Below, piece after piece: positions 28,197 through 38,504 of a stretch of 45,510 nt of DNA. The translations under genes were made by a program, and so were the position numbers. The notes under the pieces are model-generated. The model was not told the origin of the DNA, did no database searches, and saw nothing but the letters and a program-made list of their open reading frames with translations. The stretch lies in IMG/VR virus record IMGVR_UViG_3300033489_000513. One strand, 5' to 3'. Origin of the DNA: a virus. Within the stretch, counting starts at the first letter, position 1, and each line of letters starts with the position of its first letter.

Positions 28197-28407
28197 TTTG
28201 GTTTCACCAGATTTATTTCTTCGGTCTCTCCCCTCTAAGTCTCAATTTCTATATCACGTAACGCCCAGCATGGAGGAACTGTAGGATGGTCTTTAGGCCA
28301 TTTTTTCATTTCTTTCATATTCTTTCCGTTCCTCAATCCAATGTTGTAGTTCATACTTTTCTTCAGAATAATGGGAGAGCATTTTCATTTTCGTTTTCAT
28401 TTTAGTG

Positions 28408-28704
28408 TTACCACTTCATCCAATCAGCTTTGGGAAATCTATCTGTAAATGGTTTAAAACTCTTTTTTTGTTTATGGATAAAACGCCATTCTATGTTCTC
28501 TCTCGCTAATTCGGGAGAATCGTAACAATTTATGATGAGATTTTTTACATCTTGTTCGTCTTTTGCTTTTATTGCGGCGCAGATACTAACTCCATCATCT
28601 GGATTTAAAAATTCCCCCGATATCCACCAAGGAAAATGTAATTCCCAACTACCCATCTTTAGCGTGGTCCACCAAGAAACCCAATATGGAACAAGATTTT
28701 TCAT
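28408..28704 (-). CDS. Hypothetical Trp-rich phage-type protein
   Basis: YWVSWW...PWWISG...EWRF...PFTDRFP. Confidence 0.6.
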   Translation of the reverse strand: MKNLVPYWVSWWTTLKMGSWELHFPWWISGEFLNPDDGVSICAAIKAKDEQDVKNLIINCYDSPELARENIEWRFIHKQKKSFKPFTDRFPKADWMKW

Positions 28705-28741
28705 TTTTTTCCGTTCTTCAATTTGTGCAATGTTGGACATT

Positions 28742-29818
28742 TCATATAAGGCCTCCACGGAAACCCCCGCCTTGAGTCGGGGGAGGAAGTGGACTTGAGA
28801 TGTGGCGCGTTCTCCACCTAATCACGGTTAATCGTTCTAAGTCAGAGAGTTTAGCTCCTTGTGTTACCCGTTTTCCCGTTATTCTGTTGTGCAACGAGAT
28901 CCTTCCTTTAGAAGTTCCACCCACGTAAGTTAGTCCAAATGTATTGTGTTTAACCAAAGTGCCTCGCGTCAATCCCATTGATCTTGTGCCTCCGTATGGT
29001 CTTCTAAATCCTCCTGTAGATGGTTGGAGGACGTGTAGTTGCCTCCGATGCAACCTAATTGGAACCCAGTAGAGCAAGCTTAAACAAATGGGCGTAACGG
29101 CGCCAGTTATGCTTGCTGCCATAACCCAAGCGTCTACGGCGTGCGCCGCAAACGATTGTTTCGCTTTCTGGGATGTCTTCTTTAACCCAAATTGGATCCT
29201 AAGTTCCTTTGTTTCAAATCCTTGCTTGAGGTGTAAGCTCAATCCCAAGTGCTCTATTTGGTTGTATAACCACAACTTGCCTTGTTCGAGTGGACTGAAG
29301 CAAGTATTCCAACGTTTGCTTCCCTTCTTTGTAACTGCCCGGATATCTTCCACCACGACATCTGAAATGGGTAGGATCTTGATTATTTGTTTTAGCAACC
29401 TTAATTTAGCATCCCACCTGCTATGTGTCGAGGGCGGTAACGCCTGCTTGTTTCGGAGTCTGTTATTAAACCGGGCCTCTCTCCGCCAGAGGTTTCGATG
29501 CCGCCTCGTGCGGCGCATATTCCGGCGGACTTCCACTGCATCCTTTACGTGAGTTGGCGCTTCGGACGTGCCATTTAGAATTGTCTTTTTTGTTCCGACA
29601 ACGGACCACCCCTCAAACGAGGAACCGGGGTCGATGCCTACTACTATCTGCTGGTTGTGTGGTTCTACTTCTTTCTGCAAGATGAGGCAGAAGATGCCCA
29701 ACTTATTCCAATACGCTTTCGCCTTACCTTGCTTGAGGAGCATTCTCGCTCTCACGGGACTCGTGGGCATTAACGGGTACTTTCTCGCGTCTAACATGGG
29801 TATTTGCATATTATGCAT
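28742..29818 (-). CDS. isrB: IsrB RNA-guided nickase
   Basis: PLMP, GIDPG, RRNMRRTRR, VVEDIR, AHAVDA; no HNH. Confidence 0.88.
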   Translation of the reverse strand: MHNMQIPMLDARKYPLMPTSPVRARMLLKQGKAKAYWNKLGIFCLILQKEVEPHNQQIVVGIDPGSSFEGWSVVGTKKTILNGTSEAPTHVKDAVEVRRNMRRTRRHRNLWRREARFNNRLRNKQALPPSTHSRWDAKLRLLKQIIKILPISDVVVEDIRAVTKKGSKRWNTCFSPLEQGKLWLYNQIEHLGLSLHLKQGFETKELRIQFGLKKTSQKAKQSFAAHAVDAWVMAASITGAVTPICLSLLYWVPIRLHRRQLHVLQPSTGGFRRPYGGTRSMGLTRGTLVKHNTFGLTYVGGTSKGRISLHNRITGKRVTQGAKLSDLERLTVIRWRTRHISSPLPPPTQGGGFRGGLI

Positions 29819-30037
29819 CTCCTGGTCGGACCAGGGTGAAATTTCCCTTCGGAGGTGCGGTGTAGGCTTAGTCGTCTTTCGACATCCAGTTCGGCGTGCT
29901 GAGAAGCGGGCAGGACTAGGGAAGTATCCTGCCGTTCTTGTAGCCCATATCGTTGCTGCACTTGCGTGCCTCCTAGTCGACAGTTTGGTCTCGCTTGGCC
30001 GTTTGCAAGCCCCCTACTTTAGTGGGGGGTAGTTGAC
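28746..30037 (-). mobile_element. Second IsrB (OMEGA) element, non-autonomous
   Basis: Left end GTCAACTACCCCCCACTAAAGTAGGGGGCTTG; right end CCCCCGACTCAAGGCGGGGG hairpin followed by ATGA. Confidence 0.88.
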
Positions 30038-30057
30038 ACATTTTTTTAGCATAGGGA
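29820..30057 (-). ncRNA. Putative omegaRNA; boundaries approximate
   Basis: Non-coding GC-rich region between the element left end and the isrB start. Confidence 0.65.
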
Positions 30058-30114
30058 ACAGCATTTTCTTTTGCCTTTTCCGCGAGTTGTATTTTGACTC
30101 ATAATTAACATCTT

Positions 30115-30690
30115 TTAATGTTGGACATAATTACCTTTCCGAATGAGGAATTTCCGGTATTTATCCATGCCGTGAATTTCCGTGAGGACTTTCATCACGA
30201 TTTTTTGGTTAAGATTATATGCATATCGCATAAAACGGGCGCTTGCGGCAAGTAATGCTTTTTCCAGTTGTTTGGGAGGAAGCATTAATTTCTGATTTTT
30301 CAAATGCGCGCGAGCGCGATTATACCGATTCCCATTCGTGATCTCTTCGATGAGTTTCACTGCATTTCGAGCTGCTTGAATATTTTGTTTGAGAAGATCT
30401 TGCATAATGGCTTCTCGTTCGAGATTGCGGGGGATTCCTGGCGCCGCCATCCGTTTCTCCCGAACCCGAATTCTCAATAAACGTTTCATCGCGCCTCCCA
30501 CGCCAAAAGCTATAATTAACGACCGAATGTGAGAATCACGGATATAGTTCCGCCAGTTTGATTCAATTCTTTCAGAAATGAATTTGATGGCATCCATTTG
30601 AATCGTTCCTTGTGAGAGGATATAGTCTTCAACGATTAATAAAGGTTTAGGGAAAAAGTTTCCGAAAGAGAGGAGGGAAAAACTCATCAA
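30115..30690 (-). CDS. Hypothetical basic helical protein (start probably later, at MDAIKF)
   Basis: ORF track. Confidence 0.6.
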   Translation of the reverse strand: MMSFSLLSFGNFFPKPLLIVEDYILSQGTIQMDAIKFISERIESNWRNYIRDSHIRSLIIAFGVGGAMKRLLRIRVREKRMAAPGIPRNLEREAIMQDLLKQNIQAARNAVKLIEEITNGNRYNRARAHLKNQKLMLPPKQLEKALLAASARFMRYAYNLNQKIVMKVLTEIHGMDKYRKFLIRKGNYVQH

Positions 30691-31498
30691 GTTTTCGACC
30701 TTGATATCGGTGAATTCGTTTGCGGCTTAATTTGCAAAACTCAGAGGAAATTTCAATCCCAATGTAATTTCTCCCAGTGAGTACACACATCTTACTTGTA
30801 GTCCCACTTCCACTAAAGATATCGAGCACGACATCCCCTAAATGGCTATAACTCAAGATTAAATCTTTGCAAAGTTGTTCGTGCATTGGCGCGGGAAAAC
30901 CTTCCATTAAATCTGTATCAGCAGAGGCATATGCCAAACGATGCCCAGTAGGGTACCACCAAACACTACCTCGGAAGCCCATAAAAGGAGTCTTCTTTCC
31001 CATTTTATGCCGCAGGAATCCCGTTTTATTATCTCGATGAGAAGTTTTCTGTTTTGGTCTCCCCCCTTTTCGATTGAGCCGATCTTTCAATCGATTTGCG
31101 GGAAAGGGAGTATCCTTCGTAATAACAAGCACGTATTCGTGTTCATTATTATAATTATTGAGACTTCCCACTCGTGGAGCGCCTAACTTCGCGTAAATAA
31201 TGGTGAGAGGAATCTTAAATCCGAGATCGAGGAATCCAAGAATCTGCCGCGCGGTTTCTCCTGTAATACTGCCATCAACCACTTCATCTCGGACTACCCA
31301 CGCAATATATCCTGTAGGGTGAAGAACACGATATAATTGTTTCGCTACTGCGGGGAAATTAAAGGAAAATCCATGATATGCAAAAATATCTCCATAAGGC
31401 GGAGACGTAATTACCGCGTGGATTGATTCGGGGGGAAAACTCGCCATAACCTCAACATTATCCCCACATATGATTTTGTTAAGGGGAAGTTCAACCAT
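30647..31498 (-). CDS. DNA N4-cytosine/N6-adenine methyltransferase, beta class
   Basis: TSPPY before DIFSGSGTT, GIEIS. Confidence 0.92.
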   Translation of the reverse strand: MVELPLNKIICGDNVEVMASFPPESIHAVITSPPYGDIFAYHGFSFNFPAVAKQLYRVLHPTGYIAWVVRDEVVDGSITGETARQILGFLDLGFKIPLTIIYAKLGAPRVGSLNNYNNEHEYVLVITKDTPFPANRLKDRLNRKGGRPKQKTSHRDNKTGFLRHKMGKKTPFMGFRGSVWWYPTGHRLAYASADTDLMEGFPAPMHEQLCKDLILSYSHLGDVVLDIFSGSGTTSKMCVLTGRNYIGIEISSEFCKLSRKRIHRYQGRKLDEFFPPLFRKLFP

Positions 31499-33224
31499 TG
31501 GGTTTCCCCCAATCCATCAAGTTCCGAGACGTAAAATAAGCAGCTAATCGTTGTTTTCCTATTTCATAATAATGGGGGTCTTTTTCAATGACTTTCCATT
31601 TTCTCCGCAGAAGCTTTGCGGCGATAGCTGTTGTAAATGAACCTGCGAAAGGGTCAAGCACAACATCTCCTTCGCGGCTACCAATGGACAAAATCCATAG
31701 AAAAAGCTGCAAAGATTTCACGGTTTGATGATCATTTGCAATTGGTTCAGAACTTTGGTTTTGTCTATTGATATCATTTTCATTATCTAATAATCTTAGT
31801 TGTGATTTGGGATGGGTAGCTCCCCCGAGAAAAGCCTTCCGTTTTTTAGGAGCACGTTTCAATCCTTTTTCTCGTTCTCCGCGAGAAGGTTTCGTGGTAA
31901 TTAAAAAGGGAAACGTATCACGTATTTCTTTGGGTAATTGCTTATAAAAACGGGAACTCCACGCATCCAAATCGAAATATCGACTAAAATCTTCCCCTAA
32001 AACAGAATCTGAAATAACAAGATTTCCTGGCATCCGTCCATTTGGATGAGAAGTCCACGGAAGATTCTTTCGCTTGGATTTGGACCATCCATATACATTA
32101 CAAGAAATCCCATCCACAGTTTGGATAACGCCTTCAGGAATACGATCTGCGGGGTGGGCGGGGGATGTTCGTTCCCGCCCTTTCAATTGTCCACCAAACC
32201 AAGCAGTATCACCCGTTTTCCGAGTTCGGTTATAATCCTCATCATTATAATACCCTGAGAAACCTTGTCCCGAAAGATTTTTGCGGGTATCGATTTCATT
32301 AGGATCCCCCTTTGGAATTGGAAAACGTCCATCATCTAACCACAATACGGATTTACCTGTCATCATAGCCCAAGCATGATCACTGGTTATATCCGAATTT
32401 TCATATGAATCGGCAGAGATTATCGTTTCCTTTCCTTCGTGTATATGAACGGTTTTGTCTTGCAGAAGAGGATTTATTGCTATATCCTTATAAATTACAT
32501 CATCTTTCATAATTGAAACGTTAAAACGCTTCTCATATTTTTGGAAATATTCCTCTGTCTGATTGTTTCGTTCTAAATCAAAAATATACCAGAACATCCT
32601 ATAATAGGGAATTTTACACGTTTCCCATAAATCTGAACGATGAATAGAAGGTATAGATTTTTTACAAATTACTATTGCTTCTAATGAAGGCTTCAAATTA
32701 CTGTTCATATATGCTCCTTTCAATCGTTTTCCAATTTCGGTGGTAGGTTCGGAGATTTCACATGCTTTCTCGGCAGTCATATGATTATTGTTAAAACCTT
32801 TCGCAGGATCCAAATAAACGTGTCCCGCCATTTTCTTATATTTTTCTTCATCAAAATCAATTGGTTTTGATTTAACACCTTGCCGCCACTCTGCCATCTT
32901 CCAAGCAGATGTAGATTTGGAAAAACCGCTGGGATATGTCCAATAGATTGAGTTGAAATCCACTTCAAATCCCGCATCATTAAGATTACAAATAAATCTT
33001 GCGAGTAAATCTTGGCGAGGAGAACACATTAAAAACGCAAATGCGCCAGGTTTCATAACTCGTTTTATCTTTCTACACGTTTCTATTGAAGGAACAGAGA
33101 TATCCCATGCAAGAGCCATAAAATGCAAGCCGTAAGGAACATCAGAAGCTACAAAATCGATTGAATTTTCAGGTAACTTATCGAGTTCTTCATTGCAATC
33201 TCCGAGGATTTCCTGATTGTCCAT
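31491..33224 (-). CDS. Large beta-class DNA amino-methyltransferase with insertion
   Basis: SDVPYGL, HQTVKS, DPFAGSFTT. Confidence 0.85.
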   Translation of the reverse strand: MDNQEILGDCNEELDKLPENSIDFVASDVPYGLHFMALAWDISVPSIETCRKIKRVMKPGAFAFLMCSPRQDLLARFICNLNDAGFEVDFNSIYWTYPSGFSKSTSAWKMAEWRQGVKSKPIDFDEEKYKKMAGHVYLDPAKGFNNNHMTAEKACEISEPTTEIGKRLKGAYMNSNLKPSLEAIVICKKSIPSIHRSDLWETCKIPYYRMFWYIFDLERNNQTEEYFQKYEKRFNVSIMKDDVIYKDIAINPLLQDKTVHIHEGKETIISADSYENSDITSDHAWAMMTGKSVLWLDDGRFPIPKGDPNEIDTRKNLSGQGFSGYYNDEDYNRTRKTGDTAWFGGQLKGRERTSPAHPADRIPEGVIQTVDGISCNVYGWSKSKRKNLPWTSHPNGRMPGNLVISDSVLGEDFSRYFDLDAWSSRFYKQLPKEIRDTFPFLITTKPSRGEREKGLKRAPKKRKAFLGGATHPKSQLRLLDNENDINRQNQSSEPIANDHQTVKSLQLFLWILSIGSREGDVVLDPFAGSFTTAIAAKLLRRKWKVIEKDPHYYEIGKQRLAAYFTSRNLMDWGKPNG

Positions 33225-33833
33225 TTAACTCACCTTTAACAATTTGGAGAGTATATCGTTAAATTCGTTCATAGTAATTTCGATGATGGAAGTTTTCTTA
33301 ACCTTCTCGCAATATCGAACTATGAAATCAATAAAATATAAGGGAAATTCATAATCATTCAATGCTATTGCAGAAAGAAAAGCTTTGCGGAACGCATTAC
33401 GTCCCTTTTTGACAAAACTCTCGAAATCCCAAATGATTTGTATTCCTCCCCCAAGAAGGAGAAACTTCCGAACAAGTTCTTTATGTTGAGGATAAGTTGA
33501 ATAAAGCTCTTTAGCGGTTTTGCAGCGGGAGAGATAACTCAAATTTTCCATCCAATCTTTGTAATTACTTCCTTCTTTATCCCAATGAGACAAATGAAAA
33601 TAACGGAAATCCATTATACGTAATTTACCATTGCTCGCATAATCATAACAACGCAAAACGATTTCTTCAGGATCTTCAAATGTTTTTCTACAAAGAGAAC
33701 ATTCTTTCCCTACTGGGGCCCAAGTGGAATTACGGAGTTTGATGTAAAACTTATTATTTGTTGGGAGATCGCTAATACAAATTAGTTTGTTTAGAATAGG
33801 TTCATTATGCCAATATGTCATTATTTCACCCAC
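33225..33833 (-). CDS. Hypothetical protein
   Basis: 202 aa ORF. Confidence 0.6.
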   Translation of the reverse strand: MGEIMTYWHNEPILNKLICISDLPTNNKFYIKLRNSTWAPVGKECSLCRKTFEDPEEIVLRCYDYASNGKLRIMDFRYFHLSHWDKEGSNYKDWMENLSYLSRCKTAKELYSTYPQHKELVRKFLLLGGGIQIIWDFESFVKKGRNAFRKAFLSAIALNDYEFPLYFIDFIVRYCEKVKKTSIIEITMNEFNDILSKLLKVS

Positions 33834-34171
33834 AAATCTAATCCTTTTCGTTTGGGAGTAGGAAATGGTTTTAAAGTTGAGTTTATATCTTTAGCAAAAT
33901 TCGCACATTCTTTGGAACAATATGGACCAGGAATAGGAATCTCTTTTTCCCAATAAGAAGATTTGCCATATTCCTGCTCACATCGTTTACATCGTTTATC
34001 CGTGATATAGATATTTTTATTTGAGTCAAAAATCAATTCCATTTGATATCCATTACGTTCTAATACAACTTTATAAACCCCTTCTGAAATACAATCGGAT
34101 TGAATTACAATCCATCCCGCGCCAAACCACGGGACACCTTTTAATTTACGTTCTATCATTTCTTTTTCCAT
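33821..34171 (-). CDS. Hypothetical protein with CxxC/YCSxxC motif
   Basis: 116 aa ORF. Confidence 0.55.
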   Translation of the reverse strand: MEKEMIERKLKGVPWFGAGWIVIQSDCISEGVYKVVLERNGYQMELIFDSNKNIYITDKRCKRCEQEYGKSSYWEKEIPIPGPYCSKECANFAKDINSTLKPFPTPKRKGLDLWVK

Positions 34172-34177
34172 AGAAAT

Positions 34178-35023
34178 TCAACTGAAGAGGGGGCGAAATC
34201 CTTGATAATTCGTGATAACGATTTCACTCACTGGTTTCCGATTATTTCCGTCACAAGAAATAAATCGAGGAACTTTATGAGTTTTTAATTCAAATCCTTC
34301 AAATAATTCTCGGATAAAGGGAGTATCTAAATTACAAACCAAAACTTGGTTTTTTGCATTACTAATTTGGTCGACATAATCACGAAGTAATTCAAATTGT
34401 TTTTTATCCCAAATACAAGTATCATATTGGGTGAATCCCTCCACATAAGGGGGATCAATGAGATAAAACGCATTTGGTATATCTGGCGGGATAAGATCAT
34501 ATGATCCACAATGAATTTCGATTGTTTTCAAATATTCCGAGATTTTGAATATAACTTTGTTAATGGTTTCAAATCGATGACGTTGACGACTTTCATGATA
34601 CCAACCGACATTGAATTTTCCTTCTTTGTTCACACGATAGAGCCCATTATAACATCTACAATTGAGAAAGAGGAAATATCCTGCCATCTCAACCGATTGG
34701 CAAGATTCATTAACGTGAAGGTTGTATAAATCCCGAACCTCATAAAAATGTTGCTCGGTATCATTTTTCATATGATCTTGGATTTGCAAAACTAGCTGCA
34801 TTGGAATATCTCGTACGATCTCATAAAAATTCATTAATTGCACATTAATATCATTGATAATTGCTTTTCGGGGATGAAATGCAAATAGAAACGCGCCTGA
34901 CCCTACACAAGGTTCCACATAGAATTTAGAACGAAAATTTAATGGAAGGAATTTACTGAATTGTATGGTTTTTTGCGTCTTACCACCGGGCCAGCTCAAA
35001 ATTGGTTTAATCTTGCTTCCCAT
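34178..35023 (-). CDS. dam: Dam-like DNA adenine methyltransferase (D12 class)
   Basis: WPGGK, EPCVGSG, NDIN, YNGLYRVN..G.FNV, DPPY. Confidence 0.92.
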   Translation of the reverse strand: MGSKIKPILSWPGGKTQKTIQFSKFLPLNFRSKFYVEPCVGSGAFLFAFHPRKAIINDINVQLMNFYEIVRDIPMQLVLQIQDHMKNDTEQHFYEVRDLYNLHVNESCQSVEMAGYFLFLNCRCYNGLYRVNKEGKFNVGWYHESRQRHRFETINKVIFKISEYLKTIEIHCGSYDLIPPDIPNAFYLIDPPYVEGFTQYDTCIWDKKQFELLRDYVDQISNAKNQVLVCNLDTPFIRELFEGFELKTHKVPRFISCDGNNRKPVSEIVITNYQGFRPLFS

Positions 35024-36107
35024 ATTTAGATCCCAACTTTAGAATCCTTTTTTTGATCTCTAATGCAACAACTTTTGCTAATTGAGGAGGAACCGCGTTT
35101 CCAATTTGTTTTAACACATCACTTTTAGAACCTTTAAATAAAAAATTTCTTGGAAACGTTTGTAATTCAGCCATCTCGCGTGGAGTGATACAACGATTTA
35201 TGTCTGGGTCATAATGCAGGAAAACGCCCCCATGATTTTCCTTAATTGTTCGTGCCGGTTCATCAGGTCGAAGGCGATACCATGCATCAGAGAAATCTTC
35301 ATAGAGATTTTCCCCCGGTTTGACTTTCTTAATTCGTTCAATAAAAGCGGGTTTATGTTTTGTAAAGATATGAGACCATTCTTTATTTTCAGGTTCGTTT
35401 TTTAAATAATCAATAGCATCAAATACAGTCGATTGTAATTGATATTTTTCGTTTAATGGGAAGATTTTGTTTTTACTATTTAATAGACCAATCAGAAAAA
35501 ATCGTTCTCGTTCTTGAGGAACTCCATAATCTGAAGCATTTAAAATTCGCCAATCTGTAGAATAACCAAACGATAAAGCTAATTCTTGAATATTTTTCAC
35601 TAAAAGAGTAGAATCTTTTCTCATTGAAATAATTCCCTTCACATTTTCCATTACAAAGATTTGAGGTTTAAAATACTGGATAATATCAAAAAATTCTTTA
35701 TAGAGTTCTCCGCGTGGATCATTTGGATCTCGGTTCCCCGCAAGTGAATAGGCTTGACAAGGCGGGCCACCAAAGATGAGATAAAAATACCCGTGTTTAT
35801 AATCAGCAAATAATTGTTTTTTTATTTCCCGTATATCACCTTCATGTATTTTCGTGTGGGGGAAGTTCTGTCGATAAGTTTCCGCGGCTGAATGCCATAA
35901 TTCCACTGCATCGGTCACGATGAAACCAGCATTCTCAAATCCGAGGGACATCCCACCACAACCGGCGAATAAATCCAACGCTCTAGTTTGTTTCTTAATC
36001 CGGATAACTGTTCGTTTGTCTGAATGAACTTCCTTACAAATTTCAGAATAAGAAGCATGTTGTCGCAATAAAAATATGATTTTATCATTCTTCTCAATAC
36101 TAATCAT
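35007..36107 (-). CDS. dcm: DNA C5-cytosine methyltransferase with short N-terminal HTH
   Basis: DLFAGCGG, GGPPCQ, ENV, QERER, QIGNAVPP. Confidence 0.95.
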   Translation of the reverse strand: MISIEKNDKIIFLLRQHASYSEICKEVHSDKRTVIRIKKQTRALDLFAGCGGMSLGFENAGFIVTDAVELWHSAAETYRQNFPHTKIHEGDIREIKKQLFADYKHGYFYLIFGGPPCQAYSLAGNRDPNDPRGELYKEFFDIIQYFKPQIFVMENVKGIISMRKDSTLLVKNIQELALSFGYSTDWRILNASDYGVPQERERFFLIGLLNSKNKIFPLNEKYQLQSTVFDAIDYLKNEPENKEWSHIFTKHKPAFIERIKKVKPGENLYEDFSDAWYRLRPDEPARTIKENHGGVFLHYDPDINRCITPREMAELQTFPRNFLFKGSKSDVLKQIGNAVPPQLAKVVALEIKKRILKLGSKYGKQD

Positions 36108-36193
36108 TTAGATCACTTCATACCTTGGTGTTATTCTACCTCTGCAGATAACACCATCTCCACAATTAAAATACATTAAATGTCCCATATTTA

Positions 36194-36718
36194 TTACATC
36201 TCTTTTTTAATATAAGAATCCAATTTTCTATATTGTGAGAAGGGTGGTTCCTTTGTTAATAATATGTCTCTTTTATTTTCGAGTGAAGGTCCTAATTTAT
36301 GTGCGCATTCCCCCAAATAATATCGTGAAATATTACAATTAAAACAACGAACGGTTAAATTGAGATTATCAGGAAATCCTTGCTTCTTTAGATATTGATA
36401 TAATCGATATCCTGAACGTCCCCCAACATTTTTTCTATGATGATTACCATCATTATTTAAATGATCTATTGTTAACATAGACATTTCCGTAATTCCACAA
36501 CAAGTACAATGAGGTGGGTCAGTTCCAGAATAATGTACCAAAGTTTTCCATTTAAGGCGATAATAACAATTTCTTGTATCTTTCCTCTTTTTTTCAGGAT
36601 TCTCCTGATATTTTTTGTAACAATTTTCAGTATCGATAATTCGTAGTCGTTCTCTATTTTTCGTTCTATACCGCCGCATATTTCTGCGGCCTTTCAAGCG
36701 ATTGTATTCAGTACCCAT
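36194..36718 (-). CDS. HNH-like endonuclease
   Basis: CTCCG...LTIDH...CFNCN. Confidence 0.75.
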   Translation of the reverse strand: MGTEYNRLKGRRNMRRYRTKNRERLRIIDTENCYKKYQENPEKKRKDTRNCYYRLKWKTLVHYSGTDPPHCTCCGITEMSMLTIDHLNNDGNHHRKNVGGRSGYRLYQYLKKQGFPDNLNLTVRCFNCNISRYYLGECAHKLGPSLENKRDILLTKEPPFSQYRKLDSYIKKEM

Positions 36719-37255
36719 TTAAAATAACCTCATCTGGGTTTTTCGTTCAACGGTTACTATCGTATCATTATGAATCCCGCTATGTGGGACTAAAAGGATT
36801 TCTAATATTTGAAATCCTTCTGGAAGAGTTTCGCCAATTCCTCCCGAATTCCATCCACAAGAAATCACGATACCGTTTGGTTTTAAAATTCGGGCAATTT
36901 CTAATTTAATTGTAGTCCAAAAATTAGATTGAGTATCTTTGGAAGAAACTGGGAGACCTATTTTCTTGTAACATTCAGATAATTGTCTCACGGAATATAC
37001 TGGATCAAAAAGCACACCATCGATGGAATCCGTTTGGAAAATTGCTAAAAATTGTTCTGCTTTCATACAATGCGAAGTAAGATATTTTGGGTCAATATCA
37101 TTTGTAAATTTACAATAAGGATTAAAACAAGATTCATTCGCAAAAGGATCTATCCAAAGTTTTTCTTTAGAAATATATCTATTAATAAGATCATGAATGG
37201 GAAGAATCGAGAATGTATTCTTGTTAGGCATTGCCCATTGACGAGTAATTTTCAT
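36719..37255 (-). CDS. Small adenine-specific DNA methyltransferase
   Basis: WAMPNKNTFSI, DPFA, LFDPVYS, HNDTIVTVE. Confidence 0.8.
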   Translation of the reverse strand: MKITRQWAMPNKNTFSILPIHDLINRYISKEKLWIDPFANESCFNPYCKFTNDIDPKYLTSHCMKAEQFLAIFQTDSIDGVLFDPVYSVRQLSECYKKIGLPVSSKDTQSNFWTTIKLEIARILKPNGIVISCGWNSGGIGETLPEGFQILEILLVPHSGIHNDTIVTVERKTQMRLF

Positions 37256-38310
37256 TAGGTTCCATCTCCTAAATTAGAATTTAAACCATAATGTTTCACT
37301 AAGAATAAAAGTTCTTTCTTCGGTAAACCTTCATAGAATTCCCGCCGTTCTTTATAGGTTCGTTTTGGACTAGAGAAGAATTTTTCATAATGTTGTATGA
37401 GTTCTTTTTGATTGGGAATGTGGTAATCTTGCTCCCCAAATTCTTCGTTAATCAAATCCCGTTGTCCAATACGTGTAATAGATTTAATGAAAGGCATCGA
37501 CATTCGCCCCACATAACCCCATTGATTCACGTCTAAACAATCGTCACAAAAGTAAAAGGGTTTGTGTTTGTCGTAACCTAATATCCGAACTGACCGAAAA
37601 CAAATTACTTTCCAATCTGCAATGTTTTCTTCGCAATCTTCACATATTGGAAATTTCATATATTCTGCTCCCTTATGCTTTAAAGAGATTAATAATTTCT
37701 TGTGCTAATCGTAACATTGTTCGTTGGTTTTCTGAAGGTAAATCTTGGAAAGATACTCGTGTTTTTTCTTGAGTATTCCAAAATTCTTCTTTAGCAATAG
37801 CTTCATACCGTTTATGCATAAAAATAGCGAGCTCTAAAGATTTAATTTCAGTCATCGCCATCGCCAGAATGCTTTTTTGGTTGGGATATGTTTTATTTGA
37901 GGATTTAAATTCTTGATCATTCGCTTCTTCAACCGCTTGGGGATACCTTCAAAAATATTCTTCCCCAAACTATGGTATTTTCGACTATCCATATAGTGAC
38001 AAAAAGGAATTTTGAGCTTTCGTTCCCGCCAAAATCCTTCGATGGGATGAGGAACACACGCCGACCATTCTTTCCTGCGCCAAATCCTGCCATATTCATC
38101 CCAATAATCTTGGCAATGGGCAATTTCGTAATATTCGGGGAGAATCTCTTTTTTAGGAGGAGGGGAAAGTAAGAATAAATCTGTAACAATCGTGGAAGAA
38201 CTCGAACTTGAAAAAAGGATTGAATCCGTTCCATTGTCATTATCTGTAAGCCAATCAATCCCCCAATTATGGGGTTGTCGCCGTTTTGAATAATACTGGA
38301 ATATAGGCAT
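37255..38310 (-). other. Three small hypothetical genes
   Basis: ORFs 37255-37659, 37673-37861 and 37852-38310. Confidence 0.5.
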
Positions 38311-38504
38311 AAAAACACTTTCCAGAGTATTACTTTCGTAACTTACAGATCATCGGCGTTTGGCATCGATTACACGTTCTCTCAAGAGTGGGAGCAATTA
38401 ACCCACTTCTACATTTAAGGCGTTGCCCACATTCTGGATTTGGGCAATATCCAATATATTCTGGCATCTTTATTTCCTCCATTTTACGATTCTTTTATTA
38501 ATGT

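Noticed and set aside
28729-30128. 12-bp ATGTCCAACATT present on both sides of the second IsrB element
   Set aside because: The copies are not at the element ends, and IS200/IS605 elements do not make target-site duplications
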